Below, piece after piece: positions 35,428-44,990 of a stretch of 64,000 bases of DNA (position 1 is its first letter; every line of letters starts with the position of its first letter). This DNA comes from Escherichia phage MN01: sequence record MT129652.1; one strand, written 5' to 3'. Made by a program: the position numbers and the translations under genes. Under the pieces are notes generated by a model. It saw only the letters and a list, made by a program, of their open reading frames with translations. It was not told where the DNA came from and made no database searches.

Positions 35428-38142
35428 ATGCAAGAATTTTATTTAACTATCGAACAAATCGGTGACAATCTGCTCGAACGATATATTGACAAGAACGGTC
35501 ATGAACGTGTTCGTGAAATCCCTTATGCTCCATGCTTGTTTATGCACGCCCGCGAAGACCAGGCTGCAAAGTATACAGACATCTATAATAAAGGTTGTGT
35601 GAAAAAAGAATTCGATTCCATGCGTGATGCATCCCAGTGGATGAAGCGAATGAATGAAATGGGTCTCGAAGCTATGGGTATGGATGACTTTAAACTCGCA
35701 TACTTGTCCGACCGTTACCCGCACGAAATCAAATACGATTCAAGTAAAATCCGTGTGGCTAACTTCGATATCGAGGTGACATCTCCTGATGGGTTCCCTG
35801 AGCCGTCTGAAGCACGTCACCCTATTGATGCCCTGACACACTATGATTCGGTAGACGATAAATTCTATGTCTTTGACCTTTTGAGCTCACCATACGCCAC
35901 TGTGGAGCAATGGTCTATCGATATTGCTGCCAAGCTGCAAGAAGATGGCGGCGATGAAGTCCCTGAAGAAATCCTGGAAAAAATTGTTTATATGGCTTTC
36001 GATTCAGAAGAAGAAATGCTCCAGCAGTATTTGGTATTCTGGAACGAGAAAACTCCGGTTATGTTAACTGGTTGGAACATCGAGAAGTTTGATATTCCAT
36101 ATATCTACAACCGCCTTAAAAATGTATTTGGTGAAGCTACGGCAAAACGTCTGAGTCCACATCGTCGTACAAAAGTTAAGGTCATTAACAACGGTTTCGG
36201 TGAAGAACAAGAAATCATTCAGATTCTGGGTATCTCTGTTCTGGATTATCTGGACCTGTATAAAAAGTTCAGCTTCACAAACCAACCGTCTTATTCGTTG
36301 GATTATGTTGCGGAATCTGAACTGGGTGTTGGTAAACTCCCGTATGATGGTCCGATTTCTAAACTGCGTGAATCAAATCACCAGCGGTATATTTCTTATA
36401 ACATCATTGACGTTTATCGTGTTGTGCAGATTGACCGTAAGCGGCAGTTTATTAACCTGAGTCAGTCAATGGGTTATTACGCAAAAATGCAGATTCAGTC
36501 TGTATTCAGCCCAATCAAAACTTGGGATGCGATTATCTTTAACAGCCTGAAGACTCAAAACAAAGTCATTCCGGAAACCAAATCGCATGTTCGTCAATCG
36601 TTCCCTGGTGCATTTGTTAAGGAACCGATTCCGAACGCATACAAATATGTAATGAGCTGTGACTTAACATCTCTGTATCCGAGCATCATCCGACAGATTA
36701 ACATCAGTCCAGAAACGATTGCCGGGTCATTTACACCAGCGCCGATGTATGAATACATTGCAGGAACTGCTGACCGCCCATCTGATACATTTAGTTGTGC
36801 TCCAAACGGTATGATGTATTTTAAAGATGTTGCGGGTATTATTCCGACAGAAGTCACCAAGGTGTTTAATCAGCGTAAAGAGCACAAAGGTTATATGCTT
36901 GCGGCTCAACGTAATGGTGAACTGATTAAGGAAGCCCTGCGTAATCCAGGAACTGGTACAACCGAGCCTGAAGTTGATTATCGTTATGACTTCGATGACA
37001 ATATGAAAACAACCTTGCACGGTCTGAATCAAACAGTTCTGAATGGTATGTTGTACAAAGCGCAGATGGAAGAAGTTGCAGGCATGACCGCACAGATTAA
37101 CCGTAAACTGCTTATCAACAGTTGTTATGGCGCTCTGGGTAATATCTGGTTCCGTTACTTTGACCTGCGAAATGCAACCGCGATTACATCTTTCGGACAA
37201 CTTGCATTGCAGTGGATTGAGCGTAAAGTTAACGAATATTTTGATAGTGTTTGCGGTACAAGTGGTGAAACATATGTATTCTATGGTGATACTGACTCCA
37301 TTTATATCCAGTGCGATAACCTGATTAAAAAGGTTGGTGGTGAATCTAAATTCCGCGATACAAACCACCTGGTTGACTTCATGGACAAGTTTGCGAAAGA
37401 CCGTTTGGAACCGGCAATCGATAAAGCTTTCCGTGAGCTGGCTGAATACATGAACAACAAACAGCACCTTATGTTTATGGACCGTGAAGCGATTGCATGT
37501 CCTCCGCTTGGTTCTAAAGGTGTTGGTGGATTCTGGACAGCGAAGAAGCGTTATGCTCTGAACGTGTACGATATGGAAGGCACACGATATGCTGTTCCGA
37601 AACTGAAAATCATGGGTCTGGAAACTCAAAAGTCGAGCACACCAAAAGCATGTCAGAAAGCTCTGAAAGAATGTATCCGCCGTATGTTGCAAGAAGGTGA
37701 AGAATCTCTGCAGACATACTTCAAGGAATTCAATAAGGAATTTAATGAGCTTAACTACATGACCATTGCAGGTGTATCATCGGTTAACAACATCCAGAAA
37801 TATAATGAAGGTGGTTTCCCTGGATTTAAGTGTCCGGCTCATATCAAAGGCGTGCTCGCTTACATGCGTGCAACCAAAGGGTTGAAGACTGTTCCACAAA
37901 TCATGGAAGGGGAAAAGGTGTATGTGCTTCCTCTTAAAGTTGGTAACCCGTTTGGCGAAACCGTGATTGCATGGCCATCAGGGATTGAACTCCCGATTGA
38001 AATTCGTGACCAAGTCTTGCAATGGATGGACTACAACACACTGTTCCAGAAGACTTTTGTTAAGCCATTGACAGGGTTCTCTGAAGCAGCTAAGGTTGAT
38101 TACGAGAAAAAAGCATCTCTTTTTGATATGTTTGACTTTTAA
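35428..38142 (+). CDS. 43: DNA polymerase gp43 (family B, with 3-5 exonuclease)
   Basis: Exo motif FDIEV, polymerase motifs SLYPSII and YGDTDS; 904 aa; strong similarity to T4 gp43. Confidence 0.97.
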   Translation: MQEFYLTIEQIGDNLLERYIDKNGHERVREIPYAPCLFMHAREDQAAKYTDIYNKGCVKKEFDSMRDASQWMKRMNEMGLEAMGMDDFKLAYLSDRYPHEIKYDSSKIRVANFDIEVTSPDGFPEPSEARHPIDALTHYDSVDDKFYVFDLLSSPYATVEQWSIDIAAKLQEDGGDEVPEEILEKIVYMAFDSEEEMLQQYLVFWNEKTPVMLTGWNIEKFDIPYIYNRLKNVFGEATAKRLSPHRRTKVKVINNGFGEEQEIIQILGISVLDYLDLYKKFSFTNQPSYSLDYVAESELGVGKLPYDGPISKLRESNHQRYISYNIIDVYRVVQIDRKRQFINLSQSMGYYAKMQIQSVFSPIKTWDAIIFNSLKTQNKVIPETKSHVRQSFPGAFVKEPIPNAYKYVMSCDLTSLYPSIIRQINISPETIAGSFTPAPMYEYIAGTADRPSDTFSCAPNGMMYFKDVAGIIPTEVTKVFNQRKEHKGYMLAAQRNGELIKEALRNPGTGTTEPEVDYRYDFDDNMKTTLHGLNQTVLNGMLYKAQMEEVAGMTAQINRKLLINSCYGALGNIWFRYFDLRNATAITSFGQLALQWIERKVNEYFDSVCGTSGETYVFYGDTDSIYIQCDNLIKKVGGESKFRDTNHLVDFMDKFAKDRLEPAIDKAFRELAEYMNNKQHLMFMDREAIACPPLGSKGVGGFWTAKKRYALNVYDMEGTRYAVPKLKIMGLETQKSSTPKACQKALKECIRRMLQEGEESLQTYFKEFNKEFNELNYMTIAGVSSVNNIQKYNEGGFPGFKCPAHIKGVLAYMRATKGLKTVPQIMEGEKVYVLPLKVGNPFGETVIAWPSGIELPIEIRDQVLQWMDYNTLFQKTFVKPLTGFSEAAKVDYEKKASLFDMFDF

Positions 38143-38211
38143 GTGTTTACAACGGCAAAGGACTGCCGTATGATTACTCCATCAACTGATGATTAAATTA
38201 AGGATATTAAA

Positions 38212-38454
38212 ATGGAAACATTAATTGCAGGTACTGTTGTTCTTGGCGCTGGTTCTTTCTTCCTGGCTGCACTGGCATATTTTCTGCCGTGGATTATCGC
38301 ACTACTGCGAGGAACCAAAAGTAATTGCGGAATCTTCTTTGTTAACCTCCTGTTAGGTTGGACAATGGTCGGATGGTTTATTGCATTTATCTGGGCACTC
38401 GTTGCTGAGCGTAAATCAAACGCACAAGTAATTATCATCAAGGAAACCAAATGA
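38212..38454 (+). CDS. imm: Imm-like superinfection immunity membrane protein
   Basis: 80 aa, two TM helices, LLGWTMVGWFIAFIWAL motif; immediately downstream of 43 as in T4. Confidence 0.55.
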   Translation: METLIAGTVVLGAGSFFLAALAYFLPWIIALLRGTKSNCGIFFVNLLLGWTMVGWFIAFIWALVAERKSNAQVIIIKETK

Positions 38455-38594
38455 AGATAATTACAATTATTGTACTGACTGCATTTTTTAGTATGTCAAT
38501 CTATTGGGCAATAATGACTCCGCATATGATTCCAACTTTAATTTTGGGTTGGGTATTTTTGGGACTCCAAGCTCGCTATGAATGTTTTAATTGA
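38451..38594 (+). CDS. Hypothetical small membrane protein (47 aa)
   Basis: ATGA overlap with the imm stop; hydrophobic. Confidence 0.3.
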   Translation: MKIITIIVLTAFFSMSIYWAIMTPHMIPTLILGWVFLGLQARYECFN

Positions 38595-38604
38595 GGAAAA
38601 TACA

Positions 38605-39108
38605 ATGAAAAAGTTAGCTATCGCAGCTGTTATGCTGCTATCTGGTTGTGCTTACCAGGGTGATGTTGTTAATGCCAACGAGATTGGTAAAGCGCGAATT
38701 GCTGCAGACCGTCAGGTGCATAATGGTTCCTTTGATTTCAAAGGTGGTACTGGACTTATCTACAAACGCGACAACAATCAATGTGGAAATAACTGCGCGA
38801 AATATGCTCAACGTGAAGTTGAATATCAGCGTGAACAAGCCGCGAAGCATGATGAAGTAATCGCTAAATTGGAAGCAGAAACCAAGCGACAAAATGACCT
38901 GGATACTGTTAACCAGATTTCACAGGTCTGCATGTCATATATCAATATGCAGATAAACATCATGCGTGCAGAAGCTTATCAGGCAGCGGAGACGGGTTCT
39001 CCAAAAGCCAATGAGTATCGCGATATGTATCAGCGTTCTGCTCAAAACCGTCTGAGCTATATTAATAAATGTGTAGCTAAAGAGAAAGCACGCCAAGGTA
39101 TTAACTGA
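38605..39108 (+). CDS. Putative lipoprotein
   Basis: Signal peptide with lipobox MKKLAIAAVMLLSGC after GAGGAAAAT SD; helical/coiled C-terminal region; 167 aa. Confidence 0.55.
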   Translation: MKKLAIAAVMLLSGCAYQGDVVNANEIGKARIAADRQVHNGSFDFKGGTGLIYKRDNNQCGNNCAKYAQREVEYQREQAAKHDEVIAKLEAETKRQNDLDTVNQISQVCMSYINMQINIMRAEAYQAAETGSPKANEYRDMYQRSAQNRLSYINKCVAKEKARQGIN

Positions 39109-39215
39109 TGCTATTATTACTTCTGATTGTTGGAACAGTAATTGGTTTGCTGCTATTAGAAAAGCGTAATAAGCATTTGGCTGAAGAAAACTGGAAACGT
39201 GGAAACGTTTACTAA
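39108..39215 (+). CDS. Hypothetical single-pass membrane peptide (35 aa)
   Basis: MLLLLLIVGTVIGLLLL... ; ATG overlaps the lipoprotein stop. Confidence 0.3.
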   Translation: MLLLLLIVGTVIGLLLLEKRNKHLAEENWKRGNVY

Positions 39216-39242
39216 ATTACTCTGAACTGCGAGAAAAATATT

Positions 39243-39371
39243 ATGATTGGTACGCTATTGATTAGTCTGTGGCTGTTGTCTGCATTTGGTATTGGTTTTA
39301 TGTACTGGTGGGACAAACGTCAGACCCGGAAGATTGTTGAACGTGCAATTAATCGTGGATTCAATCGTTAA
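39243..39371 (+). CDS. Hypothetical single-pass membrane peptide (42 aa)
   Basis: MIGTLLISLWLLSAFGIGFMYWW... hydrophobic N-terminus, basic C-terminus. Confidence 0.3.
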   Translation: MIGTLLISLWLLSAFGIGFMYWWDKRQTRKIVERAINRGFNR

Positions 39372-39450
39372 TTGCTCTAAAAATACAGTGATATAATTAT
39401 CCTATCTTAAACCTGTGAGAAAAATATAATGGTGCCTATGGAAAAAATGA

Positions 39451-40629
39451 ATGTCTATTGCAGATTTGAAATCCCGTTTGATTAAAGCTTCTACATCTAA
39501 AATGACTGCGACTCTTACCAAGTCCAAGTTTTTTAATGATAAAGATGTAGTTCGTACAAAAATCCCGATGCTGAACATTGCAATCAGCGGTGCACTAGAT
39601 GGTGGTATGCAGTCAGGTTTGACTATTTTTGCTGGTCCGTCAAAACACTTTAAATCCAATATGGGTTTAACGATGGTCTCTGCATATATGAACAAATACC
39701 CCGATGCAATCTGTTTGTTCTATGATTCAGAATTTGGTATCACAGAAGCATATCTTCGTGCAATGAAAGTAGACCCGGAACGTGTTATCCATACACCAAT
39801 CCAGTCGGTTGAACAATTGAAAGTTGATATGGTTAACCAGCTTGAAGCAATTGAGCGTGGTGAAAAAGTCATTATCTTTATTGACTCAATCGGTAACATG
39901 GCGTCGAAAAAAGAAACAGAAGATGCGATGAACGAAAAAGTCGTTGGCGATATGACTCGTGCTAAATCCCTGAAATCTCTGTTCCGTATTGTTACCCCAT
40001 ATTTTAGTATCAAGGATATTCCTTGTGTCGCGGTTAACCATACAATCGAGACGATTGAGATGTACAGCAAAACCGTTATGACCGGTGGTACAGGTGTTAT
40101 GTATTCTGCGGACACAGTATTCATTATCGGCAAACGCCAGATTAAAGAAACTGGTAAAGAACTTGAAGGTTTCCAATTTGTTCTGAACGCCGAAAAATCT
40201 CGTATGGTCAAAGAGAAAAGTAAATTCTTCATTGATGTAAAATTCGATGGTGGTATTGACCCGTATTCTGGTCTGCTTGATATGGCAATGGAAATCGGAT
40301 TTGTGGTGAAACCGAAAGTTGGTTGGTATAACCGTGAATATCTTGATGTTGAGACCGGTGAAATGGTCCGCGAAGAAAAATCATGGCGTGCAAAAGATAC
40401 TAACTGCACCGAATTCTGGGGTCCGTTGTTCAAGCACGAACCTTTCCGCGATGCAATCAAACGCCATTACCAACTGGGTGCAATCGATAGCAATGCTGTT
40501 GTTGATGCCGAAGTTGATGCGCTTATTGCCTCCAAGGTTGAAAAATACTCTGCTCCTGAAGGTAAGACAAAACCGTCTGCTGCAGATATCGAAAACGATT
40601 TAGATATGATGGAAGACCTTGATGAATGA
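39451..40629 (+). CDS. uvsX: Recombinase UvsX (RecA-like)
   Basis: MSIADLKSRLIKASTSKMTATLTKSKFFNDKDVV..., Walker A GPSKHFKS; 392 aa vs 391 in T4. Confidence 0.95.
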   Translation: MSIADLKSRLIKASTSKMTATLTKSKFFNDKDVVRTKIPMLNIAISGALDGGMQSGLTIFAGPSKHFKSNMGLTMVSAYMNKYPDAICLFYDSEFGITEAYLRAMKVDPERVIHTPIQSVEQLKVDMVNQLEAIERGEKVIIFIDSIGNMASKKETEDAMNEKVVGDMTRAKSLKSLFRIVTPYFSIKDIPCVAVNHTIETIEMYSKTVMTGGTGVMYSADTVFIIGKRQIKETGKELEGFQFVLNAEKSRMVKEKSKFFIDVKFDGGIDPYSGLLDMAMEIGFVVKPKVGWYNREYLDVETGEMVREEKSWRAKDTNCTEFWGPLFKHEPFRDAIKRHYQLGAIDSNAVVDAEVDALIASKVEKYSAPEGKTKPSAADIENDLDMMEDLDE

Positions 40630-40963
40630 TATCGATTTATCTGATTTAGATAATTTCGAGAAAGATGCGGAGGGAGCTAAGGCTCCTTCTGTACCTTACT
40701 ACGAAAAAAGTTTGGAGATTATCCGGCAATCCATGGGAACTGTACGACAGGAAATTCTGTTATCACTCCCTGATGGGTCCAGTCACATCGTGTACGTAAC
40801 CGGAATTAAAATTGAACCATCTGGAAAAGTTTCAGTTGATTTCGGCACCCCTTCTGAAGACCGCAAAGCGGAGCTTGCAGTGCATGTAGAAAAGTGTGTT
40901 ACAATGCAAATACAAGATGAAATTGATAAGATTAAAATGAAAAAGAGGTGGTGGAAGTGGTAG
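40619..40963 (+). CDS. 40: gp40-like protein (head vertex assembly chaperone position)
   Basis: 114 aa; synteny between uvsX and 41. Confidence 0.55.
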   Translation: MMNDIDLSDLDNFEKDAEGAKAPSVPYYEKSLEIIRQSMGTVRQEILLSLPDGSSHIVYVTGIKIEPSGKVSVDFGTPSEDRKAELAVHVEKCVTMQIQDEIDKIKMKKRWWKW

Positions 40964-42387
40964 AAACTATTTTATCCCAGCTACTCTTTAACAAGGAATA
41001 TTTTGTTAAAGTCTGGCCATATCTGAATAACACATATTTTGAAAAGGGTCCAGCGAAGACCCTTTTCAATACGATTAACGAACACGTAAAAGAATATCAA
41101 GCGGTACCAACTAAGACTGCACTTGATATCGCGCTCGACAGCTCTGACCTTTCTGAAGTCGAATATGAAGGCACAAAGAAACTCTTAGGAGTCCTGGCCG
41201 ATACTCCAGAAGACCAGGAATGGTTGGTTAAAGAAACCGAGAAGTATGTACAGAAGTCTGCGATGTTCAATGCCACATCCAGGATTATCGAAATTCAGAG
41301 CAATGCCGAACTTCCGAAAGATAAACGTGATAAACGAATCCCGGATATTGGTGCTATCCCTGATATCATGCGGGATGCATTATCTATCTGTTTTGACTCT
41401 GCCCTGGGCCATGACTGGTTAAACGATTACGAAGCTCGATTCCAGACTTATCTGAACAAATCGAAAAAGGTTCCGTTTCGCATTAACATCCTGAATAAAA
41501 TCACGAAGGGTGGAGTTGAGTATGGTACAGAGAACGTTTTACTGGCCGGGACAAACGTCGGGAAATCTCTAGGACTTTGTTCATTAGCCGCTGACTATCT
41601 TCAGACTGGTCATAATGTGCTTTATATAAGCATGGAAATGGCTGAAGAAGTATGTGCCAAACGTATTGATGCCAACTTGCTGGATGTGTCTCTGGATGAT
41701 ATTGATGAAGGTCATATATCATGGGCGGAATATAAAGCTAAGATGGAAAAATGGCGTGCTTCCGGGACTCTTGGGACTCTGAAGATAAAACAATATCCAA
41801 CTGGTGGTGCTCATGCGGATACCTTCCGCGCATTGCTGAATGAATACAAACTGAAGCAGGGGTTTGTACCGGATGTGATTATTGTTGACTACCTGGCAAT
41901 CTGCGCAAGCTCAAGACTGAAAACGTTTACCGAAAATAGTTACGGTCTGATTAAGATGGTTGCAGAAGAACTTCGTGGTCTGGCAGTCGAGAAAAATGTG
42001 GTTCTATGGACCGCGGCGCAGACAACCAGGGGCGCGAACGTTGCAGCTGAGATTGATATGGCTGATATCGCAGAATCCTTTGGTATTGCTCACACGGCTG
42101 ACTTTATGTTGGGTGTTGTTGAGACCGAAGAATTCGCTCAAATGGGGCTGCAGTTAATCAAACAGCTTAAGTCTCGTTATGGCGATAAGAACTACTATAA
42201 TAAATTCAAGATGGGCGTTAAGAAAGGCAATCAGCGCTGGTATGAGGTTGATGATGATTCGGCTCCTAAACAAGGCCCTACGGTTAAAGAAGCCACCGGT
42301 GAGATGAATCGCCAGGCTGAAATGAATAGACAAACCAGGGTCAACAGGAGCGACCTGGACGACCTCGCTGCTCAAATGAAATTTTAA
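40957..42387 (+). CDS. 41: Replicative DNA helicase gp41 (DnaB-like)
   Basis: GTG start (40948, 40951 or 40957; T4 begins MVEIILS); Walker A GTNVGKS; strong similarity along the whole length. Confidence 0.95.
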   Translation: MVETILSQLLFNKEYFVKVWPYLNNTYFEKGPAKTLFNTINEHVKEYQAVPTKTALDIALDSSDLSEVEYEGTKKLLGVLADTPEDQEWLVKETEKYVQKSAMFNATSRIIEIQSNAELPKDKRDKRIPDIGAIPDIMRDALSICFDSALGHDWLNDYEARFQTYLNKSKKVPFRINILNKITKGGVEYGTENVLLAGTNVGKSLGLCSLAADYLQTGHNVLYISMEMAEEVCAKRIDANLLDVSLDDIDEGHISWAEYKAKMEKWRASGTLGTLKIKQYPTGGAHADTFRALLNEYKLKQGFVPDVIIVDYLAICASSRLKTFTENSYGLIKMVAEELRGLAVEKNVVLWTAAQTTRGANVAAEIDMADIAESFGIAHTADFMLGVVETEEFAQMGLQLIKQLKSRYGDKNYYNKFKMGVKKGNQRWYEVDDDSAPKQGPTVKEATGEMNRQAEMNRQTRVNRSDLDDLAAQMKF

Positions 42388-42403
42388 AATATTTTTAAAA
42401 AAG

Positions 42404-42485
42404 GGGTGTACAAGCCCCTTGTCTTAGGACATAATGATTCCGTACTGAGTTACACAATAAACCAACTGTTAAAAAGGAAAACCAT
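42404..42485 (+). promoter_or_regulatory. Promoter-leader cassette (GGGG-TGTACAA-GCCCC hairpin, CATAAT -10, CGTACTGAGTTACACAATA leader)
   Basis: Hybrid of the family A leader with the family B style hairpin. Confidence 0.45.
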
Positions 42486-42788
42486 ATGTTTAATCAAACC
42501 GATATGAACCGTTACTATTTTGGTCAGTTCGCTCGCCGTGATGAAAACTGTGCTGCTCTTATCGCATCAGGCATTCAAACTGGTAAATTAATAAAGCTCA
42601 AAAGCGATGTTCAACCTTCATCTGTTCGCAGCTCTCTTCGTGAGTATCTGCTTGCAGGCGGTGAAGTATATGTTATCGCTGAACCTTTTGTTAACGTGTG
42701 TGATGATTACACAATTAGTGTGACTGTTATGCACCCAACTACTGGGAAAATTCGTTGTCTGACTATGCACAACTATGAGTTGGCGTAA
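42486..42788 (+). CDS. Hypothetical protein
   Basis: 100 aa; terminator follows. Confidence 0.5.
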   Translation: MFNQTDMNRYYFGQFARRDENCAALIASGIQTGKLIKLKSDVQPSSVRSSLREYLLAGGEVYVIAEPFVNVCDDYTISVTVMHPTTGKIRCLTMHNYELA

Positions 42789-42795
42789 GTGAACA

Positions 42796-42818
42796 AAGGG
42801 GCTTACAGCCCCTTTTTC
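42796..42818 (+). terminator. Rho-independent terminator
   Basis: GGGGC-TTACA-GCCCC + TTTTT. Confidence 0.6.
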
Positions 42819-42856
42819 TTATGTTATAATGACTCTATCAACTACTGGAGAATAAA

Positions 42857-43174
42857 ATGAAAACCATTGATTGCAAGGCAGAATACAAAGTTTATTATCA
42901 TGGGTCAAGCTCTAATGCTGGAATCCAAAATATGCTTTGTCCTCCTGATGCAACTGGTGTTCTGTCAGAAGTTGGACGTAAGAAAAATTTAGGGCGTGTG
43001 TTTTTTACTGAAGATATTGGTTTGGCGCGTATCTATGCAGGAAGAGCAGCTCGCTCATATGGAGGAGAACCCCGTCTTTATCGTGTGATTGCACCGGTTG
43101 ACGTGGTTTGTTTAAATGATACTAAAGGCGCAACAGTTTATCACGCTGCCTGGGCCTTTTGTGAGGAAATCTAA
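42857..43174 (+). CDS. Hypothetical protein
   Basis: 105 aa ORF. Confidence 0.5.
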   Translation: MKTIDCKAEYKVYYHGSSSNAGIQNMLCPPDATGVLSEVGRKKNLGRVFFTEDIGLARIYAGRAARSYGGEPRLYRVIAPVDVVCLNDTKGATVYHAAWAFCEEI

Positions 43175-43378
43175 ATGTATAAATTAGAGAACGTAGTGTT
43201 TATTGGTTGGTTTGAAAATGGTAATATGTTTACCAAAGAAACCGCCCTGGATGTCAGTGACAAAAATATGATTGAATGGGTTACAGTGCAGTATGCAGAA
43301 GTGAATAATGCGCTGGTTAAAGCCTTTGTTAATGACAATAAAGTTTTTGAATATGATGCCCGCATTGAGGAAATTTAA
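43175..43378 (+). CDS. Hypothetical protein
   Basis: 67 aa; TAAATG junction. Confidence 0.45.
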   Translation: MYKLENVVFIGWFENGNMFTKETALDVSDKNMIEWVTVQYAEVNNALVKAFVNDNKVFEYDARIEEI

Positions 43379-43618
43379 ATGAATATCGCATTAATGAAAC
43401 CTACCCCTAGTTCTTTTTGGAATAAATCTTTTGGTAAGCATAATATGTTTATCCAACGCACCGTAAGCAGCTGGGAACTAGTTCTTTCAGTCGGCCACAA
43501 TGATTATGAACAAGAATACGTAGAGTTCTTCGATTTTCCTGTGAAACCTACCAAGCGTCAGATTCGTCAGACAAAACGCAAATTCCGCAAAATTTATCTG
43601 GAAGATGCATTAAAATAG
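43379..43618 (+). CDS. Hypothetical basic protein
   Basis: 79 aa ORF. Confidence 0.45.
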   Translation: MNIALMKPTPSSFWNKSFGKHNMFIQRTVSSWELVLSVGHNDYEQEYVEFFDFPVKPTKRQIRQTKRKFRKIYLEDALK

Positions 43619-43675
43619 TGTACAACAAAGGGATAATGCTGTATATTATCCCTATCAACTACTGAGGAGATTGAA

Positions 43676-43969
43676 ATGAAAAAGTTATTAATCGCGGCAA
43701 TTCTTACCGTAGCATCATGTGGTACAGCTCCAGTTACTGCTGGACTTGATAAAGACCTTTGTGAGTGGTCTATGACTGCCGACCAGACTGATGTTGAACA
43801 TCAGATTTATGCTGATATCATGAACATAACTAAACGTGACCGCCCTGATATGGTTAAAGAAGTATCTGACCAATTGACTTCTGGTGACGTTATGCAGTAT
43901 AACTATGTTCTGTATTGCGATGCTTCATTTGACAATAGCAAAATTGTTCAATGGGTTACAGGTGAATAA
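43676..43969 (+). CDS. sp: Spackle-like periplasmic protein (possible superinfection exclusion)
   Basis: 97 aa with signal peptide MKKLLIAAILTVASCGTAPVTA; same size and position (between 41 and 61) as T4 Spackle. Confidence 0.5.
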   Translation: MKKLLIAAILTVASCGTAPVTAGLDKDLCEWSMTADQTDVEHQIYADIMNITKRDRPDMVKEVSDQLTSGDVMQYNYVLYCDASFDNSKIVQWVTGE

Positions 43970-43970
43970 A

Positions 43971-44408
43971 ATGATTAACAGAAATTTAGTTATCAAAAAA
44001 CTTCGCTGTAAAAATCCAAATGCACAGGCATACCGGGTGTTTTGGAGCGATGAAATTCAATACCTGGGTTATTTTCTTGTTGATAGTGATGACAGAATTA
44101 CGTTTGCTCATAAGCTTCTTAACAAAGAATTAAACCATTGGCAAGAACTTATTGCAGTCAAGTCTAAATTATTTTCGCGCAATACAATGCACCAATTGGT
44201 TTATTTTTTCGCTGATGGTATTCCTGACAAGGTTGAATTTGATGGGTTTGAATTTAAAGACATCAACCCTGACAATGAATTGAATGACAGTATTGTTAAT
44301 ATGGGTATCCCAGGTAAGTACATTAAAAACAGTCTTTTGAAACTTCTGGAAACCCCTGTATATTCAGTAGACGACCAAATTTTTAATGCCTTTATGAAGC
44401 GAGATTAA
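43971..44408 (+). CDS. Hypothetical protein ending DDQIFNAFMKRD
   Basis: 145 aa; C-terminal 11 codons plus junction repeated at the end of the next gene. Confidence 0.5.
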   Translation: MINRNLVIKKLRCKNPNAQAYRVFWSDEIQYLGYFLVDSDDRITFAHKLLNKELNHWQELIAVKSKLFSRNTMHQLVYFFADGIPDKVEFDGFEFKDINPDNELNDSIVNMGIPGKYIKNSLLKLLETPVYSVDDQIFNAFMKRD

Positions 44409-44409
44409 T

Positions 44410-44778
44410 ATGTATATTCAAAGCGATTTATCTTATCTGAATTTTGAATTAGTTAAAAATAATGATGGTAATGCTCATTATGAATTCCGTGAACCCAGGT
44501 TTAATCAGGCGATTGGTTATATCATCGTTAAAGATGATGTTATCATAAAGGCTCGCTCATTTATGGTAATGAATGGGCCTTATGAAGATACTCGTGGCTA
44601 TCCATTTGATAAAAAGAATGTACGCGATTGTGCAGCATGGATAACCGGAAACCCTGAAATTGGGGTCATGTTATCTACTGAAGCAAATGACATTCTGGAT
44701 GCTGGCTGGGTTAAAGCTCAAGAACCGCCTACTGATATTGATGACCAGATTTTTAATGCTTTCATGAAGCGAGGTTAA
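44410..44778 (+). CDS. Hypothetical protein ending DDQIFNAFMKRG
   Basis: 122 aa; shares only the C-terminal block with the upstream gene. Confidence 0.5.
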   Translation: MYIQSDLSYLNFELVKNNDGNAHYEFREPRFNQAIGYIIVKDDVIIKARSFMVMNGPYEDTRGYPFDKKNVRDCAAWITGNPEIGVMLSTEANDILDAGWVKAQEPPTDIDDQIFNAFMKRG

Positions 44779-44779
44779 T

Positions 44780-44971
44780 ATGACTGCAATGTGTACGGGC
44801 TCTAAGATTTCGGTCTTCCAGATTTTTGAAGAATATGAAATCGTGTCGCAAGACCAAGAAGCAATCCATGTTATTGCTGATGATGGGGTTACCTGGATTA
44901 TTCCGTTGTATCATGAAGACACTTATGAAGTGACTGATGCAAATGGTGATAAAGCTATCTTCGTTGTATAA
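44780..44971 (+). CDS. Hypothetical small protein
   Basis: 63 aa ORF. Confidence 0.4.
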   Translation: MTAMCTGSKISVFQIFEEYEIVSQDQEAIHVIADDGVTWIIPLYHEDTYEVTDANGDKAIFVV

Positions 44972-44974
44972 ATA
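44967..44974 (+). promoter_or_regulatory. Late promoter (TATAAATA)
   Basis: Exact T4 late-promoter consensus 17 nt upstream of the ATG at 44991. Confidence 0.45.
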
Positions 44975-44990
44975 GCGGAAAGGGGGTGTT

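Noticed and set aside
36727-37692. 321-aa minus-strand ORF inside the DNA polymerase gene
   Set aside because: It is antisense to a highly conserved, clearly coding region (gp43). It is Cys/His/Phe rich, as expected for the reverse frame of AT-rich coding DNA, with no start context.
39720-40460. 246-aa minus-strand ORF antisense to uvsX
   Set aside because: It lies entirely within the conserved uvsX coding sequence; low-complexity Ser/Ile composition; spurious antisense frame.
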